Notes under the pieces: model-generated | Databases searched by the model: none | What the model was told of the DNA's origin: nothing | The model's input: the letters and a program-made list of their open reading frames with translations, nothing else | Position numbers and translations under genes: made by a program | Shown: piece after piece, positions 8,356-16,925 of the stretch | How the letters are laid out: the number at the start of each line of letters is the position of its first letter | Numbering within the stretch: the first letter of the stretch is position 1 | Assembly: GCA_002771355.1 (NCBI GenBank) | Contig: PCSU01000039.1 | Coordinates: forward strand, 1-35,379 | Direction of reading: 5' to 3' | DNA length: 35,379 nt | Source of the DNA: a candidate division WWE3 bacterium CG22_combo_CG10-13_8_21_14_all_39_12 | Lineage (GTDB): Bacteria; Patescibacteriota; 4484-211; GCA-002791395

Positions 8356-8918
8356 TGAATACACGAAACGGATTTACCCTCATTGAACTCTTGGTTGTTA
8401 TTGTAATTATTGGACTTCTCGCCAGTATTGGTATCGCTTCATTCAGTGGTAGTTTAGACCGCGCAAAAGAAGGAAAAGTTGTTTCAGACCTGAAAGAATT
8501 TAAAGATGCCATAACTCGACTAAAAATTGATACTGGTAAAGCTCCAACCGGAAAGACTGACCCACGAGTAGCACCGATCCCAACTGGGCAACCGCGCCCA
8601 TACACTGACTGCGTCTATAATGTAGAGGTTTATTTAAATTCTGATGACGCCGGATTAATTTCTGATACAACAAATAGATATCCAAACTGGGCAGGACCCT
8701 ATATAGAAAATGCTCCCGTTGATCCATGGGGAACAAACTACTACCACGACTCTGACTACACATGCCATCCTACAACAAAAGGCTGTGAGGGTATTACAGA
8801 CAATAAGACAATCCGGGCAATTCTTTCAGCAGGACCCAATAAAAGTTTCTCGTATGGAGTAGTTGGAAGTACAGCAGACCCAACGGATAACATAGTAGTC
8901 CCCATCTGCATACCGTAA
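8355..8918 (+). CDS. prepilin-type N-terminal cleavage/methylation domain protein (PulG/GspG-like type IV pilin or pseudopilin)
   Basis: MNTRNG/FTLIELLVVIVIIGLL class III signal peptide with Glu at +5. It also has the DPWG motif and SAGPN of the GspG family. Confidence 0.85.
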   Translation: MNTRNGFTLIELLVVIVIIGLLASIGIASFSGSLDRAKEGKVVSDLKEFKDAITRLKIDTGKAPTGKTDPRVAPIPTGQPRPYTDCVYNVEVYLNSDDAGLISDTTNRYPNWAGPYIENAPVDPWGTNYYHDSDYTCHPTTKGCEGITDNKTIRAILSAGPNKSFSYGVVGSTADPTDNIVVPICIP

Positions 8919-8938
8919 AAGAAATCTTAATATTTCTT
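8919..8938. terminator. weak AT-rich hairpin between convergent genes
   Basis: AAGAAAT (8919-8925) pairs with ATTTCTT (8932-8938) around a 6-nt loop. It overlaps the last codons of the minus-strand gene. Confidence 0.2.
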
Positions 8939-10912
8939 AACAACCACGAATCCAGCCCCCATAAGAATCATCATCACCAAGGCAGATACTGCTGTTGTTT
9001 CAACCGTTCCACTACTAGGAAGCGTACCTGGTGTTGGGGTAGCCGTTGCAGGACCAACGGTTGGTGTAGGAGTCGCAGTTTGAACACCAATTGCAAACGG
9101 TGACAGTGATCCTGGTGCTCCACAAATTGAATTGTCGCCACTATTTACATACGTTGTAACATCTGACCAGGTGCTGTCTTTATAGTGAAACATCCGTAAC
9201 TGAGTTTCTACCAGCGACTCGTTCGTAACCTGAGCTTCCGTATAAGGCAAACACACCGTCATGGTTTCACAAACAAGCCCAGTACTCGATAAATCATAGT
9301 TGGTTTTCAAAAATGTTTGATACGACTGCTTTTGCCCCGGTGGCGACTGAAATACTTTTACGGTGACGGTACCTGCAGTCGAAACGGATTCACATCGAAC
9401 TGTCACCGTCCCCACCGTTGTAGAGATAGAAATCTCACTTGGTGATGAGGTGTTCACACTAAAAGACCCCGTAGCAATTTCAGGAATAGGGGTTGGGGTT
9501 GGGGTTGAAGTGGGTGCTGATGTTGGTGTTGCTGTTGGTGTTGGGGTAGCAAGAACCGCATCCTTTTCGTACACGAACACATCGCCAAATCCGTTGGTAT
9601 CATTGGTAACCGCATTTGTGGCATATGAATAAAACGCAATGAATGTTCCCGTTCTGGTAATGACTGGATAATAGCTCACGTGGTTAAACTGAGTCCCATC
9701 AAGATTTTCACTTACGCGTGTTGTTATATTAGACTGACGGTCGTGCATAAAAACATCAATATACCCATTGGTATCTGAGGCAACAAGATTTGTTGCAGCT
9801 GAACGAAATACAACATATGTTCCATCCTCACTCAGTGAAATATTCGGGTAGTCTACACTTCCACCACTTGACCCGTTTGACTGAGTTCCCCCACTCGCTA
9901 CACTCACCCGTGAAATGGTGTTTGTCACCGTATCATACACAAACACATCACCAACCAAGTTGGTATCAGCACTACTTGCCAAAAGGTTTGTAGCATCTGA
10001 TTCGAATGCGACATATCTACCATTAGCAGAAATTGTTGGGAAATAACTTCTTTCATTTCCCTGAGTACCACTATTTGCTTTGCTAACTAGTATTGTGGTA
10101 TCGGTATCAACATTGTAGTAAAAAATATCGCTGTACCCATTCGTGTCCGAAGCCACCACATTGGTAGCGACCGAAGAATAGGCTATTCTTCTTCCATCCG
10201 CACTTACGGCTGGGTTCATACTATTTCCATCTGTCGGGGCATCTAAAGTATCTTTACTAATTTGCGAGATTGAATCTAGGGTAACGTCATACATCACAAT
10301 GTCTGTTTTTGCATTGGTGTCGGAGGCAAACAAATCAGAAGCATCAGTTTGAAACACAATGTAGTCTCCATTTTCATCAATCACCGGATTAAAACTATGC
10401 CCATTTGCATTTCCACCGGCTGTAACATTACTAATACGTGTCATCGTTCCGGTAGAAATTTCATATCTAAAAATATCAGCTGCATCATTGGTGTCTGCAT
10501 CCGACGTTAAATTTGTGGCATAGGAATGAAACACAACCCATTTTCCATCGGAGCTTATAACTGGCGCATCAGAATCTCCATTTGACTGAGTACTACTTAC
10601 TCCAGAACTCACGAGAATGGTTGTATCGTCTAGACGGTTATGTAAGAAAATATCTTTTGCAAGATTCGTATCACCAGTAACCAGATTGGTCGCCGAAGAA
10701 GCAAATGTAACCTGTACCCCATCAGCGCTAATCGAGCTTTTTGTAGATGCACCATTAGCCTCAACTCCTCCTGTAGATACGCTTGCACGAGTGAATCTTA
10801 CGGTACTAACAGATGAAACAGATGAATATGAAAACAATAAAAAGATACCAATAACAAAAAATAATGACGGGGCAAGTTTTCTTAGTCGACGAGCGGTAAA
10901 TTGGTTGTTCAT
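8927..10912 (-). CDS. secreted surface protein: signal peptide, 7 PD40/TolB-like beta-propeller repeats, PT-rich linker, beta-sandwich-like domain, second PT linker, LPXTG-like sorting tail
   Basis: There are seven copies of the S-x-DG-x-x-(V/I)-x-F-x-S-x-A-(T/S)-N-(L/V)-x(3-5)-DTN-x(3)-D-(I/V)-F pattern. The linker is ATPTPTATPTSAPTSTPTPTPIP. The C-terminus is LPSSG, then a hydrophobic stretch, then KKY. Confidence 0.75.
   Translation of the reverse strand: MNNQFTARRLRKLAPSLFFVIGIFLLFSYSSVSSVSTVRFTRASVSTGGVEANGASTKSSISADGVQVTFASSATNLVTGDTNLAKDIFLHNRLDDTTILVSSGVSSTQSNGDSDAPVISSDGKWVVFHSYATNLTSDADTNDAADIFRYEISTGTMTRISNVTAGGNANGHSFNPVIDENGDYIVFQTDASDLFASDTNAKTDIVMYDVTLDSISQISKDTLDAPTDGNSMNPAVSADGRRIAYSSVATNVVASDTNGYSDIFYYNVDTDTTILVSKANSGTQGNERSYFPTISANGRYVAFESDATNLLASSADTNLVGDVFVYDTVTNTISRVSVASGGTQSNGSSGGSVDYPNISLSEDGTYVVFRSAATNLVASDTNGYIDVFMHDRQSNITTRVSENLDGTQFNHVSYYPVITRTGTFIAFYSYATNAVTNDTNGFGDVFVYEKDAVLATPTPTATPTSAPTSTPTPTPIPEIATGSFSVNTSSPSEISISTTVGTVTVRCESVSTAGTVTVKVFQSPPGQKQSYQTFLKTNYDLSSTGLVCETMTVCLPYTEAQVTNESLVETQLRMFHYKDSTWSDVTTYVNSGDNSICGAPGSLSPFAIGVQTATPTPTVGPATATPTPGTLPSSGTVETTAVSALVMMILMGAGFVVVKKY
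9488..9547. repeat. low-complexity GGTGTT/GGGGTT-type tract encoding the Pro/Thr linker
   Basis: ggggttggggttggggttgaagtgggtgctgatgttggtgttgctgttggtgttgggg encodes the PT linker on the minus strand. Confidence 0.8.
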
Positions 10913-10923
10913 AGCTTAACTAC

Positions 10924-10952
10924 AGGTTACACGAGAATAATTCATGGGTCAA
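10924..10952 (-). promoter_or_regulatory. promoter TTGACC-17-TAACCT, 11 nt upstream of the PD40-protein ATG
   Basis: Read on the minus strand. The -35 box is 10947-10952 and the -10 box is 10924-10929. Confidence 0.35.
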
Positions 10953-11038
10953 TGAATAATTGCATACACAACTCTACTGCCCATCACACCAATACATAAA
11001 AGATTGCATGAGCAGTAGCAGTGGTTGATGTAATCTCA

Positions 11039-11113
11039 CTACTTTTTTTTCTTTGCAGTCTTTTTCTTTGGAGCAGCTTTCTTTACTACTTTCTTAACTT
11101 TTTTTGCGGGCAT
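11039..11113 (-). CDS. 24-aa lysine-rich micro-ORF (MPAKKVKKVVKKAAPKKKTAKKKK)
   Basis: Hand-translated and below the track cutoff. The ATG at 11113 is preceded by GAAAGGTGGTGAtacac, a near-consensus SD with 5-nt spacing. The stop is TAG at 11039-11041. A possible TTGTAT-17-CATAAT promoter lies about 35 nt upstream. Confidence 0.4.
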   Translation of the reverse strand: MPAKKVKKVVKKAAPKKKTAKKKK

Positions 11114-11274
11114 GTGTATCACCACCTTTCGATGTGGGTAATGTAATTATTATGAATAGATTAGAAAAAATATACAAGTGGTAATTGATATAAATTCAAG
11201 ACCATTTACTCTAACATTCCCACAAATTCAAGTAGCCCTTCTTAAATCTCAAATGAAACAACTTAATACAACTA

Positions 11275-11685
11275 TCACAGATATGATTTAACTTTATCTA
11301 TTGATGACAAAATACTCTTATCTATTATCAGTTTACGGGCCTCATCAAGGGTTGCCCACTTGAAATCAATTTGTTCTGACTCGTCAAGTACAACTTCGCC
11401 TAACAAATATCCACATACAAAGCTTACCCCAAGATGCTCATCGTTATCTGGAGCACGATAGAAATGAAATGTGTTAACTGGGGCAATTACTTTTACTTTC
11501 AATTGTACTTCTTCCATAACCTCCCGATGAAGCGCATCCTCAAACGATTCGTTTTGCTCCACCCGACCGGTAAGAATTTCCCATTCCCCCGGAGCATGCT
11601 TACGTTCAAATGAACGCTTTGTAATAAGAATTTTCCCATCTTTGATGATCGCTGCTTCAATTGCAACATTAAATACCCCGGGCAT
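11275..11685 (-). CDS. Nudix hydrolase
   Basis: The Nudix box is readable: GRVEQNESFEDALHREVMEEVQL (GX5EX7REUXEEXGU). Confidence 0.85.
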   Translation of the reverse strand: MPGVFNVAIEAAIIKDGKILITKRSFERKHAPGEWEILTGRVEQNESFEDALHREVMEEVQLKVKVIAPVNTFHFYRAPDNDEHLGVSFVCGYLLGEVVLDESEQIDFKWATLDEARKLIIDKSILSSIDKVKSYL

Positions 11686-11691
11686 AAAGAC

Positions 11692-11697
11692 ATAATA
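11692..11697 (-). promoter_or_regulatory. -10 box TATTAT, 6 nt upstream of the Nudix ATG
   Basis: The minus strand reads TAGTATTAT-gtcttt-ATG. Confidence 0.4.
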
Positions 11698-11727
11698 CTA
11701 CACAAAACCTTGCCCATCACCCTACGA

Positions 11728-11733
11728 TATAAT
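11728..11733 (+). promoter_or_regulatory. -10 box TATAAT, 11 nt upstream of the 410-aa membrane protein ATG
   Basis: The plus strand reads cgaTATAAT-acagaaatact-ATG. Confidence 0.4.
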
Positions 11734-11744
11734 ACAGAAATACT

Positions 11745-12977
11745 ATGGCGCATGAAGACAATAAAAAGTGGTTCTACCTTATCCTTGCGCTCGGTGGATT
11801 GACCATCGCCCGCGGGTTTTATTTTCCCATCGCATGGCCAGTCACCAACTACACACTCTCTTACAGTTTTGGGTTCATTCGAAGAGGACTTGTTGGAAGC
11901 ATAACAACTTTTTTATTAGGCGACGTTGCTTACACGTATCAATTTATTTATGTTCTGTCATTTTTAGTTTTTGGAACATTAGTTTTCTTACTGTTTTACC
12001 TTTCTTATAAATCATTACAAAGTCATAATATTCAAATTATTGTTTTACTTACGTTTTTTTCATCACCCGGGCTCGTATTTTTAGCAAACTCTATTGGATT
12101 TTTTGATCATATTGGACTTGTAGTCTCAATGATATTCATTCTTTATATCGGAAAGATTACATCAATATTTAAACCTATTACTACGTTTTTAATTACACTT
12201 TGTATTGGGTTTATTCTTATCCTTACTCACGAAGGGCTTGCTGTTCTTGTCGGACCCCTCATACTTTTTGCATTATTTTTTAGTTACCTCACATCGCCAC
12301 AATTTATGCCAAAACAATTCATCCCTTTGCTAACAGCAACAGCTTTGCTAGGAATCATTTTTCTCTTATTTTCTTTTACCGTGACAAAGTATGGAACAAT
12401 TACGCCTGAAACAAAAACCCTCCTTGAAGAGCATATTGCCAGTAAAGTTAACTTTGATTTCTCTCACATTTCAACAAACTCTATTAGTATTTCAACTGGT
12501 ATGACCCTCGGATATATGTACAAATTCTGGGATCATTTGGCCCAAATTAGAGTCTTATTTACAACAATTCTCATAGCACTACCTTCCCTGATTGTTATGT
12601 TTTACGTTGGAATTGGTTTAATCATGTCATCAACTCTTTCCCATAAAAACATACTCCTATTCGGATACCTATTCTCATCACTTGCACCTTTTGCAATGAA
12701 TATTGGTGGAACTGACATCCAAAGATGGAGCATGTTTGCTATCGTTACAACCTTTATTGCAACAATAATTATCAGCCGTCTTTCCAACCTAAAAGAAATA
12801 ACAAGTCCCGTAATTCCCATTCAGGTTACCATCCTTATCGTTGCACTAAATATGATGACTATGAACTATTTAATAAACGACCGTGAAATCCACACGTTCC
12901 CATTCTTAAATGTAGTTAACTATATTGGAGATATTCGATTTGGAGATCAACAATTTCCACCTATTCCGGTTGAATAG
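11745..12977 (+). CDS. hypothetical polytopic membrane protein (about 10 or more TM segments)
   Basis: 410 aa and almost entirely hydrophobic helices. I recognise no family motif. Confidence 0.6.
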   Translation: MAHEDNKKWFYLILALGGLTIARGFYFPIAWPVTNYTLSYSFGFIRRGLVGSITTFLLGDVAYTYQFIYVLSFLVFGTLVFLLFYLSYKSLQSHNIQIIVLLTFFSSPGLVFLANSIGFFDHIGLVVSMIFILYIGKITSIFKPITTFLITLCIGFILILTHEGLAVLVGPLILFALFFSYLTSPQFMPKQFIPLLTATALLGIIFLLFSFTVTKYGTITPETKTLLEEHIASKVNFDFSHISTNSISISTGMTLGYMYKFWDHLAQIRVLFTTILIALPSLIVMFYVGIGLIMSSTLSHKNILLFGYLFSSLAPFAMNIGGTDIQRWSMFAIVTTFIATIIISRLSNLKEITSPVIPIQVTILIVALNMMTMNYLINDREIHTFPFLNVVNYIGDIRFGDQQFPPIPVE

Positions 12978-13794
12978 GTGTACTGAGTTCATCTGGCACA
13001 ACTAAATCTACTGCACTTAAAGTATCATCGACTTTAGTTTGTGGTTTATAACGTACAAGCGAAAATGTTCCTTTGATTGAGGCATACAAACCCCAAAGCA
13101 TTGGTCCCCATACAACAAAATATGTCCCTGACATAAATTCGTACGTTACATATGTAATCAAGCTACCTCCCAATACCCACAATCCTCCCGTACGAATTTC
13201 TTTTTGCAAAACTTTTCGACCTTCATCTTTTGTTTTATATAAAAGAACCTGGGCAATAATAATGATTAATAACCCAACAACAATACCTACAATATATAAA
13301 TTTCTCTCAAATAGATAATCGTCTATGGATGAATTTATTGCCGTTGCTAATGATCCTGTATAGATTTCATATCCTGCATCCAACCGATCAACACCGTTTC
13401 CCCATGTGCTCACTAATTCATCTTCTGACAACGTCTCGTCTTGGGTCATAAGTAAATCGACCCCTTCTGTCATAGCCAAAGAGGCGTCGCGTGCTAATTC
13501 CAAAACTTCTTTTGACGAATCATCTAAATCACTCTCAAATACAAAAAGACCATATTCATATATGCCTCGAGATGTTTCAAATTCAGAATAATTGTCGTAT
13601 AAAATCGCAAGTTCAGAATCATAATCGTCAGATTCAACAAATGCGAGAGCCTGATCAATAATTTCGTAATCTAAATTGATTCGCACAACAGCTTCATCAA
13701 AATACTCTTCAACCGTCTGAGCAAAAACTGGAATAGTTGAAATAGAAAAAATGCCTACAACAAAACCCAAAACCACCAAACTACGCTTAATCAT
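12961..13794 (-). CDS. hypothetical membrane protein: signal peptide, acidic helical ectodomain, about 3 C-terminal TM helices
   Basis: 277 aa with an MIKRSLVVLGFVVGIFSISTIPVFA signal-like N-terminus and a D/E-rich middle region. Its 3' end overlaps the convergent gene by 17 nt. Confidence 0.55.
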   Translation of the reverse strand: MIKRSLVVLGFVVGIFSISTIPVFAQTVEEYFDEAVVRINLDYEIIDQALAFVESDDYDSELAILYDNYSEFETSRGIYEYGLFVFESDLDDSSKEVLELARDASLAMTEGVDLLMTQDETLSEDELVSTWGNGVDRLDAGYEIYTGSLATAINSSIDDYLFERNLYIVGIVVGLLIIIIAQVLLYKTKDEGRKVLQKEIRTGGLWVLGGSLITYVTYEFMSGTYFVVWGPMLWGLYASIKGTFSLVRYKPQTKVDDTLSAVDLVVPDELSTPIQPE

Positions 13795-13800
13795 GGCGAT

Positions 13801-13809
13801 ATTGTAGCA
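13801..13809 (-). promoter_or_regulatory. extended -10 box TGcTACAAT, 6 nt upstream of the 277-aa protein ATG
   Basis: The minus strand reads CATGCTACAAT-atcgcc-ATG. Confidence 0.45.
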
Positions 13810-13836
13810 TGTTCATACGAAAGATTATGTAAGACA

Positions 13837-16548
13837 CTAGTGCGTAGATAATTGTTGTTTATGCTCTGGGGTATTCTTTAACCCACAATTTTTATACTTT
13901 TTACCTGAACCACAAGGGCATGGATCGTTACGATTTATATTCTCATCTTCAGATTTTACGACTGGCTGTTGAGGTTCCTGCTGAGTTGGAGAATTCGTCC
14001 TAGCAGATTCTGCTGGAATTCGTTTTGCAGAGGAGGTTTTATTCATTTGAAACTGACCTAATGTTTGGTGCTGTCCTTTTGCATCCTCAACAATACGACC
14101 CACACTTCCAAGTTGGGGAATATCATCATTTACCTCAACCTTAATGTGCTTAAACCGTTGAATAATTTCGAAATCAATTTCACTAATTAACCGTTCAAAC
14201 ATCGCATACCCTTCGTTCTTAAACTCAACCAATGGATCTCTTTGACCATAACCCCGTAAACCAACCCCAGCCCTTAATTCATCTAAAGCATCAATATGAT
14301 CCATCCACAACCTATCAATACTAGTTAAAAATACATACCGAACTAATTGGTTATACCGTTCCTCCCCTAATTTTTCTTTTTCATTTTGTATTTGATTTAT
14401 AAACTCTTCAACCTCACTTGAATCAACTTCTTCTTCGAATTCATCATGATCATGGGTTACTACCAAAACCTTTTTGGCCTTTTGCAAAAGTTCATTGTGC
14501 AATTGACTCGAATCTTTTCCTAGTTGATCTTTTTCACCCATCTCTAATAAACGCCTACGACGTGCATAAATAATCTCCCGCTGTTTATTAATGACATCGT
14601 CATACTCAACTAAGTGTTTTCTAATATCAAAGTTATACCCCTCTACCTTTTGCTGAGAACCTTCAATTGTTTTGGAAATCATTCCACTTTCAATAGGCAT
14701 ATCATCAGGAATATTTAGCCTATTCATAATCCCAGCCATACGGTCTCCTCCAAAAATACGCATGAGGTTGTCATCCATAGCAACGTAAAATCGCGATATT
14801 CCTGGATCACCTTGTCTGCCTGCTCGACCTCGTAACTGATTATCAATGCGCCTTGCCTCATGACGTTCCGTTCCAATCACATACAACCCACCTGCTTCTT
14901 TTACACCATCACCTAGCTTAATATCGGTTCCGCGACCTGCCATGTTGGTCGCAACAGTAACCGATCTCTTTTGTCCTGCATCAGCAATAATATCTGCCTC
15001 ACGTGCATGGTTTTTTGCGTTTAATACTTCATGTGTAATGCCTCTACGTTTAAGTAGCTGACTCACTAATTCATTATTTTCAACTGAAGTGGTACCTACT
15101 AATATTGGCTGACCTTGGCTTGAGACAGTCTCAATATCATCAACAATTGCTTTCCATTTTGCACGCTGAGTTTTAAAAATTCGATCTGGGTGATCAATAC
15201 GAGCTGTTGGTCTATGAGTAGGAACTGATACAGAGTCCAGTTGGTAGATTTTGTGGAACTCCTCAGCTTCAGTCACAATTGTTGCACTCATACCGGCAAG
15301 TTTTTCATATAACCTAAAATAATTTTGAAAGGTTACCGTTGCAACTGTCTTACTTTCTTTTTGGATTGCAACGTTTTCCTTTGCCTCAAGCGCTTGGTGT
15401 AGTCCTTCAGAAAATCGACGACCTTCCATGAGTCGACCAGTAAATTCATCAACTATATGAACTTGTCCGTCCTGAACTACATAGGCAATATCTTTAATGT
15501 ATGCGTACTGGGCCTTGAGTGATTGTTCCAAATGATGCGCCAATGTAAAATCATCAAACAAGTTTGTAATTCCTAGCCAATTTTCAATTTTTTTAACGCC
15601 AAGGTCGGTTAGAATTACTTGTTTTGCTTTTTCATCAAGTTCAAAATCGCCCGGATTAAGCCGTTTTACAAGAGATGCAAATTTAACATACAGTTCATTC
15701 GACTCCTCAGCAGGTTGCGAAATAATAAGAGGTGTGCGTGCCTCATCAATAAGAATCGAGTCTACCTCGTCAACAATGGTGAAATGATGAACCCCAACCT
15801 CCCCAACAGGATTGGTTTGAACCATATTTTCAAATGAATGAGCCATGTTGTCTCTTAAATAGTCAAACCCAAACTCATTGTTTGTTCCATACGTAACATC
15901 AGCAGCATATGCCTCTCTCCTTGATACCGGACGCATATATTTCCCATCACCAAAGGCATACTCTTTTGCGTTTGGTGTTTGATCAATTGCTTCTTCTGGT
16001 GTTAGGGAAAATAAGAATGATTGTTGATTATTATTAATACAACCAATGGTAAGTCCAAGCCTTGCATATACAAAACCCATCCACTCAGCGTCACGTTTAG
16101 CTAAATAGTCGTTGACGGTAACCAAATGTGCACCGCGACCAGTTAATGCGTTAAGATACATTGGGTGGACAGCAGCATGGGTTTTTCCTTCACCTGTTTT
16201 TTGTTCAGCAGCATATCCTCTGTGAAGTAAAATCCCTACCATTATTTGCTCATCGTATGACCGCTCACCGTAGGTTCGTTTGAAAACCTCGCGAACAAGA
16301 GCAAAAGCCTCTGGTACGATTTCATCTAAAATAGCCCGTTCATGCTGAATAAGAGAATCATGTAGCCCATCATCTTTATCCATTTGTTCACGAATTTTTT
16401 GTTTTAAAGACTTTGAATACTCCAGTAACTCTATATCAGACTTAACCTCAAATTCTTGTTCATAAGAATTTATATTTACTATCGTTGGATTAAGTGAATC
16501 TATCGTGCGCTGATTAGCATCAAAAACACGACGTAATATACCTAACAT
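13837..16548 (-). CDS. secA: preprotein translocase ATPase SecA
   Basis: 903 aa with DEAD-like motor motifs (MKTGEGKT-like QKTGEGKTH, TVATNMAGRGTDIKLG) and the C-terminal zinc-binding CPCGSGKKYKNCG. Confidence 0.95.
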   Translation of the reverse strand: MLGILRRVFDANQRTIDSLNPTIVNINSYEQEFEVKSDIELLEYSKSLKQKIREQMDKDDGLHDSLIQHERAILDEIVPEAFALVREVFKRTYGERSYDEQIMVGILLHRGYAAEQKTGEGKTHAAVHPMYLNALTGRGAHLVTVNDYLAKRDAEWMGFVYARLGLTIGCINNNQQSFLFSLTPEEAIDQTPNAKEYAFGDGKYMRPVSRREAYAADVTYGTNNEFGFDYLRDNMAHSFENMVQTNPVGEVGVHHFTIVDEVDSILIDEARTPLIISQPAEESNELYVKFASLVKRLNPGDFELDEKAKQVILTDLGVKKIENWLGITNLFDDFTLAHHLEQSLKAQYAYIKDIAYVVQDGQVHIVDEFTGRLMEGRRFSEGLHQALEAKENVAIQKESKTVATVTFQNYFRLYEKLAGMSATIVTEAEEFHKIYQLDSVSVPTHRPTARIDHPDRIFKTQRAKWKAIVDDIETVSSQGQPILVGTTSVENNELVSQLLKRRGITHEVLNAKNHAREADIIADAGQKRSVTVATNMAGRGTDIKLGDGVKEAGGLYVIGTERHEARRIDNQLRGRAGRQGDPGISRFYVAMDDNLMRIFGGDRMAGIMNRLNIPDDMPIESGMISKTIEGSQQKVEGYNFDIRKHLVEYDDVINKQREIIYARRRRLLEMGEKDQLGKDSSQLHNELLQKAKKVLVVTHDHDEFEEEVDSSEVEEFINQIQNEKEKLGEERYNQLVRYVFLTSIDRLWMDHIDALDELRAGVGLRGYGQRDPLVEFKNEGYAMFERLISEIDFEIIQRFKHIKVEVNDDIPQLGSVGRIVEDAKGQHQTLGQFQMNKTSSAKRIPAESARTNSPTQQEPQQPVVKSEDENINRNDPCPCGSGKKYKNCGLKNTPEHKQQLSTH

Positions 16549-16557
16549 GTCGAGTGT

Positions 16558-16566
16558 ATTGTAACA
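16558..16566 (-). promoter_or_regulatory. extended -10 box TGtTACAAT, 9 nt upstream of the secA ATG
   Basis: The minus strand reads CATGTTACAAT-acactcgac-ATG. It lies directly downstream of the terminator at 16569-16611. Confidence 0.45.
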
Positions 16567-16568
16567 TG

Positions 16569-16611
16569 AAAAAACGTGAGGCTAGAGAAGTTTTTTACCT
16601 TCCCTAGCCTC
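16569..16611 (-). terminator. rho-independent terminator of the zinc-ribbon gene
   Basis: The minus strand reads GAGGCTAGGGAAG-gtaaaaaa-CTTCTCTAGCCTC, a 13-bp stem with one G-U pair, followed by ACGTTTTTT. Confidence 0.7.
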
Positions 16612-16631
16612 AGTATTTGTGATCTTCACCT

Positions 16632-16874
16632 TCAAATGGAACTCGTTTCTGGGTCCTTGTGGACTCCTCTTTTTCGAGAATACCCGATCAAACAACTTGG
16701 GCAAACCTGCTCGTCAATCCCAAAGAGCTTCCCGCATGATAGACACCTGTTTTGTGTATACACACGGGTGAATCTACGTGGATAAGACCTTTGTCTCATT
16801 CGTGACCCCTTTCGGAAACGGTTCCTCCAGAAACCCAAGCGAGTTAACTCTCGTTTTCCGGAGACATGTAACAT
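16632..16874 (-). CDS. small Arg-rich zinc-ribbon protein (80 aa; CxxC-x10-CxxC), family unassigned
   Basis: The protein contains RCLSCGKLFGIDEQVCPSC. An SD (AAAGGGGG) lies 5 nt before the ATG at 16874. A TATAAT box is about 45 nt upstream and an intrinsic terminator about 20 nt after the stop. The elevated GC content fits the Arg codon content but also leaves a structured RNA possible. Confidence 0.5.
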   Translation of the reverse strand: MLHVSGKRELTRLGFWRNRFRKGSRMRQRSYPRRFTRVYTQNRCLSCGKLFGIDEQVCPSCLIGYSRKRGVHKDPETSSI

Positions 16875-16925
16875 TTCAGCCCCCTTTCATGTTTTAAACC
16901 TTTAAACGTACCTCCACAAAATGTC

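Noticed and set aside
9363-9632. 89-aa plus-strand ORF with GVGVGV repeats
   Set aside because: It is the mirror image of the Pro/Thr linker coding tract of the PD40 protein and is an artefact of the simple repeat.
16576-16785. 69-aa plus-strand ORF antisense to the zinc-ribbon gene
   Set aside because: It has no start context and runs into the minus-strand terminator. It is the mirror of a better-supported gene.
16569-16885. Possible tmRNA, RNase P RNA or SRP RNA on the minus strand (it begins GGGGGCUGAAA, reminiscent of the tmRNA 5' end)
   Set aside because: There is no complementary 3' acceptor strand, no T-arm (GGTTCGA-type) and no tag reading frame. The RNase P GGAAAGUCCGG and ACAGAA-type conserved blocks and the SRP GGAA/AGCA domain IV motif are all absent. 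Promoter, SD, ORF and terminator fit a small protein gene better. I keep an ncRNA only as an alternative, in the findings.
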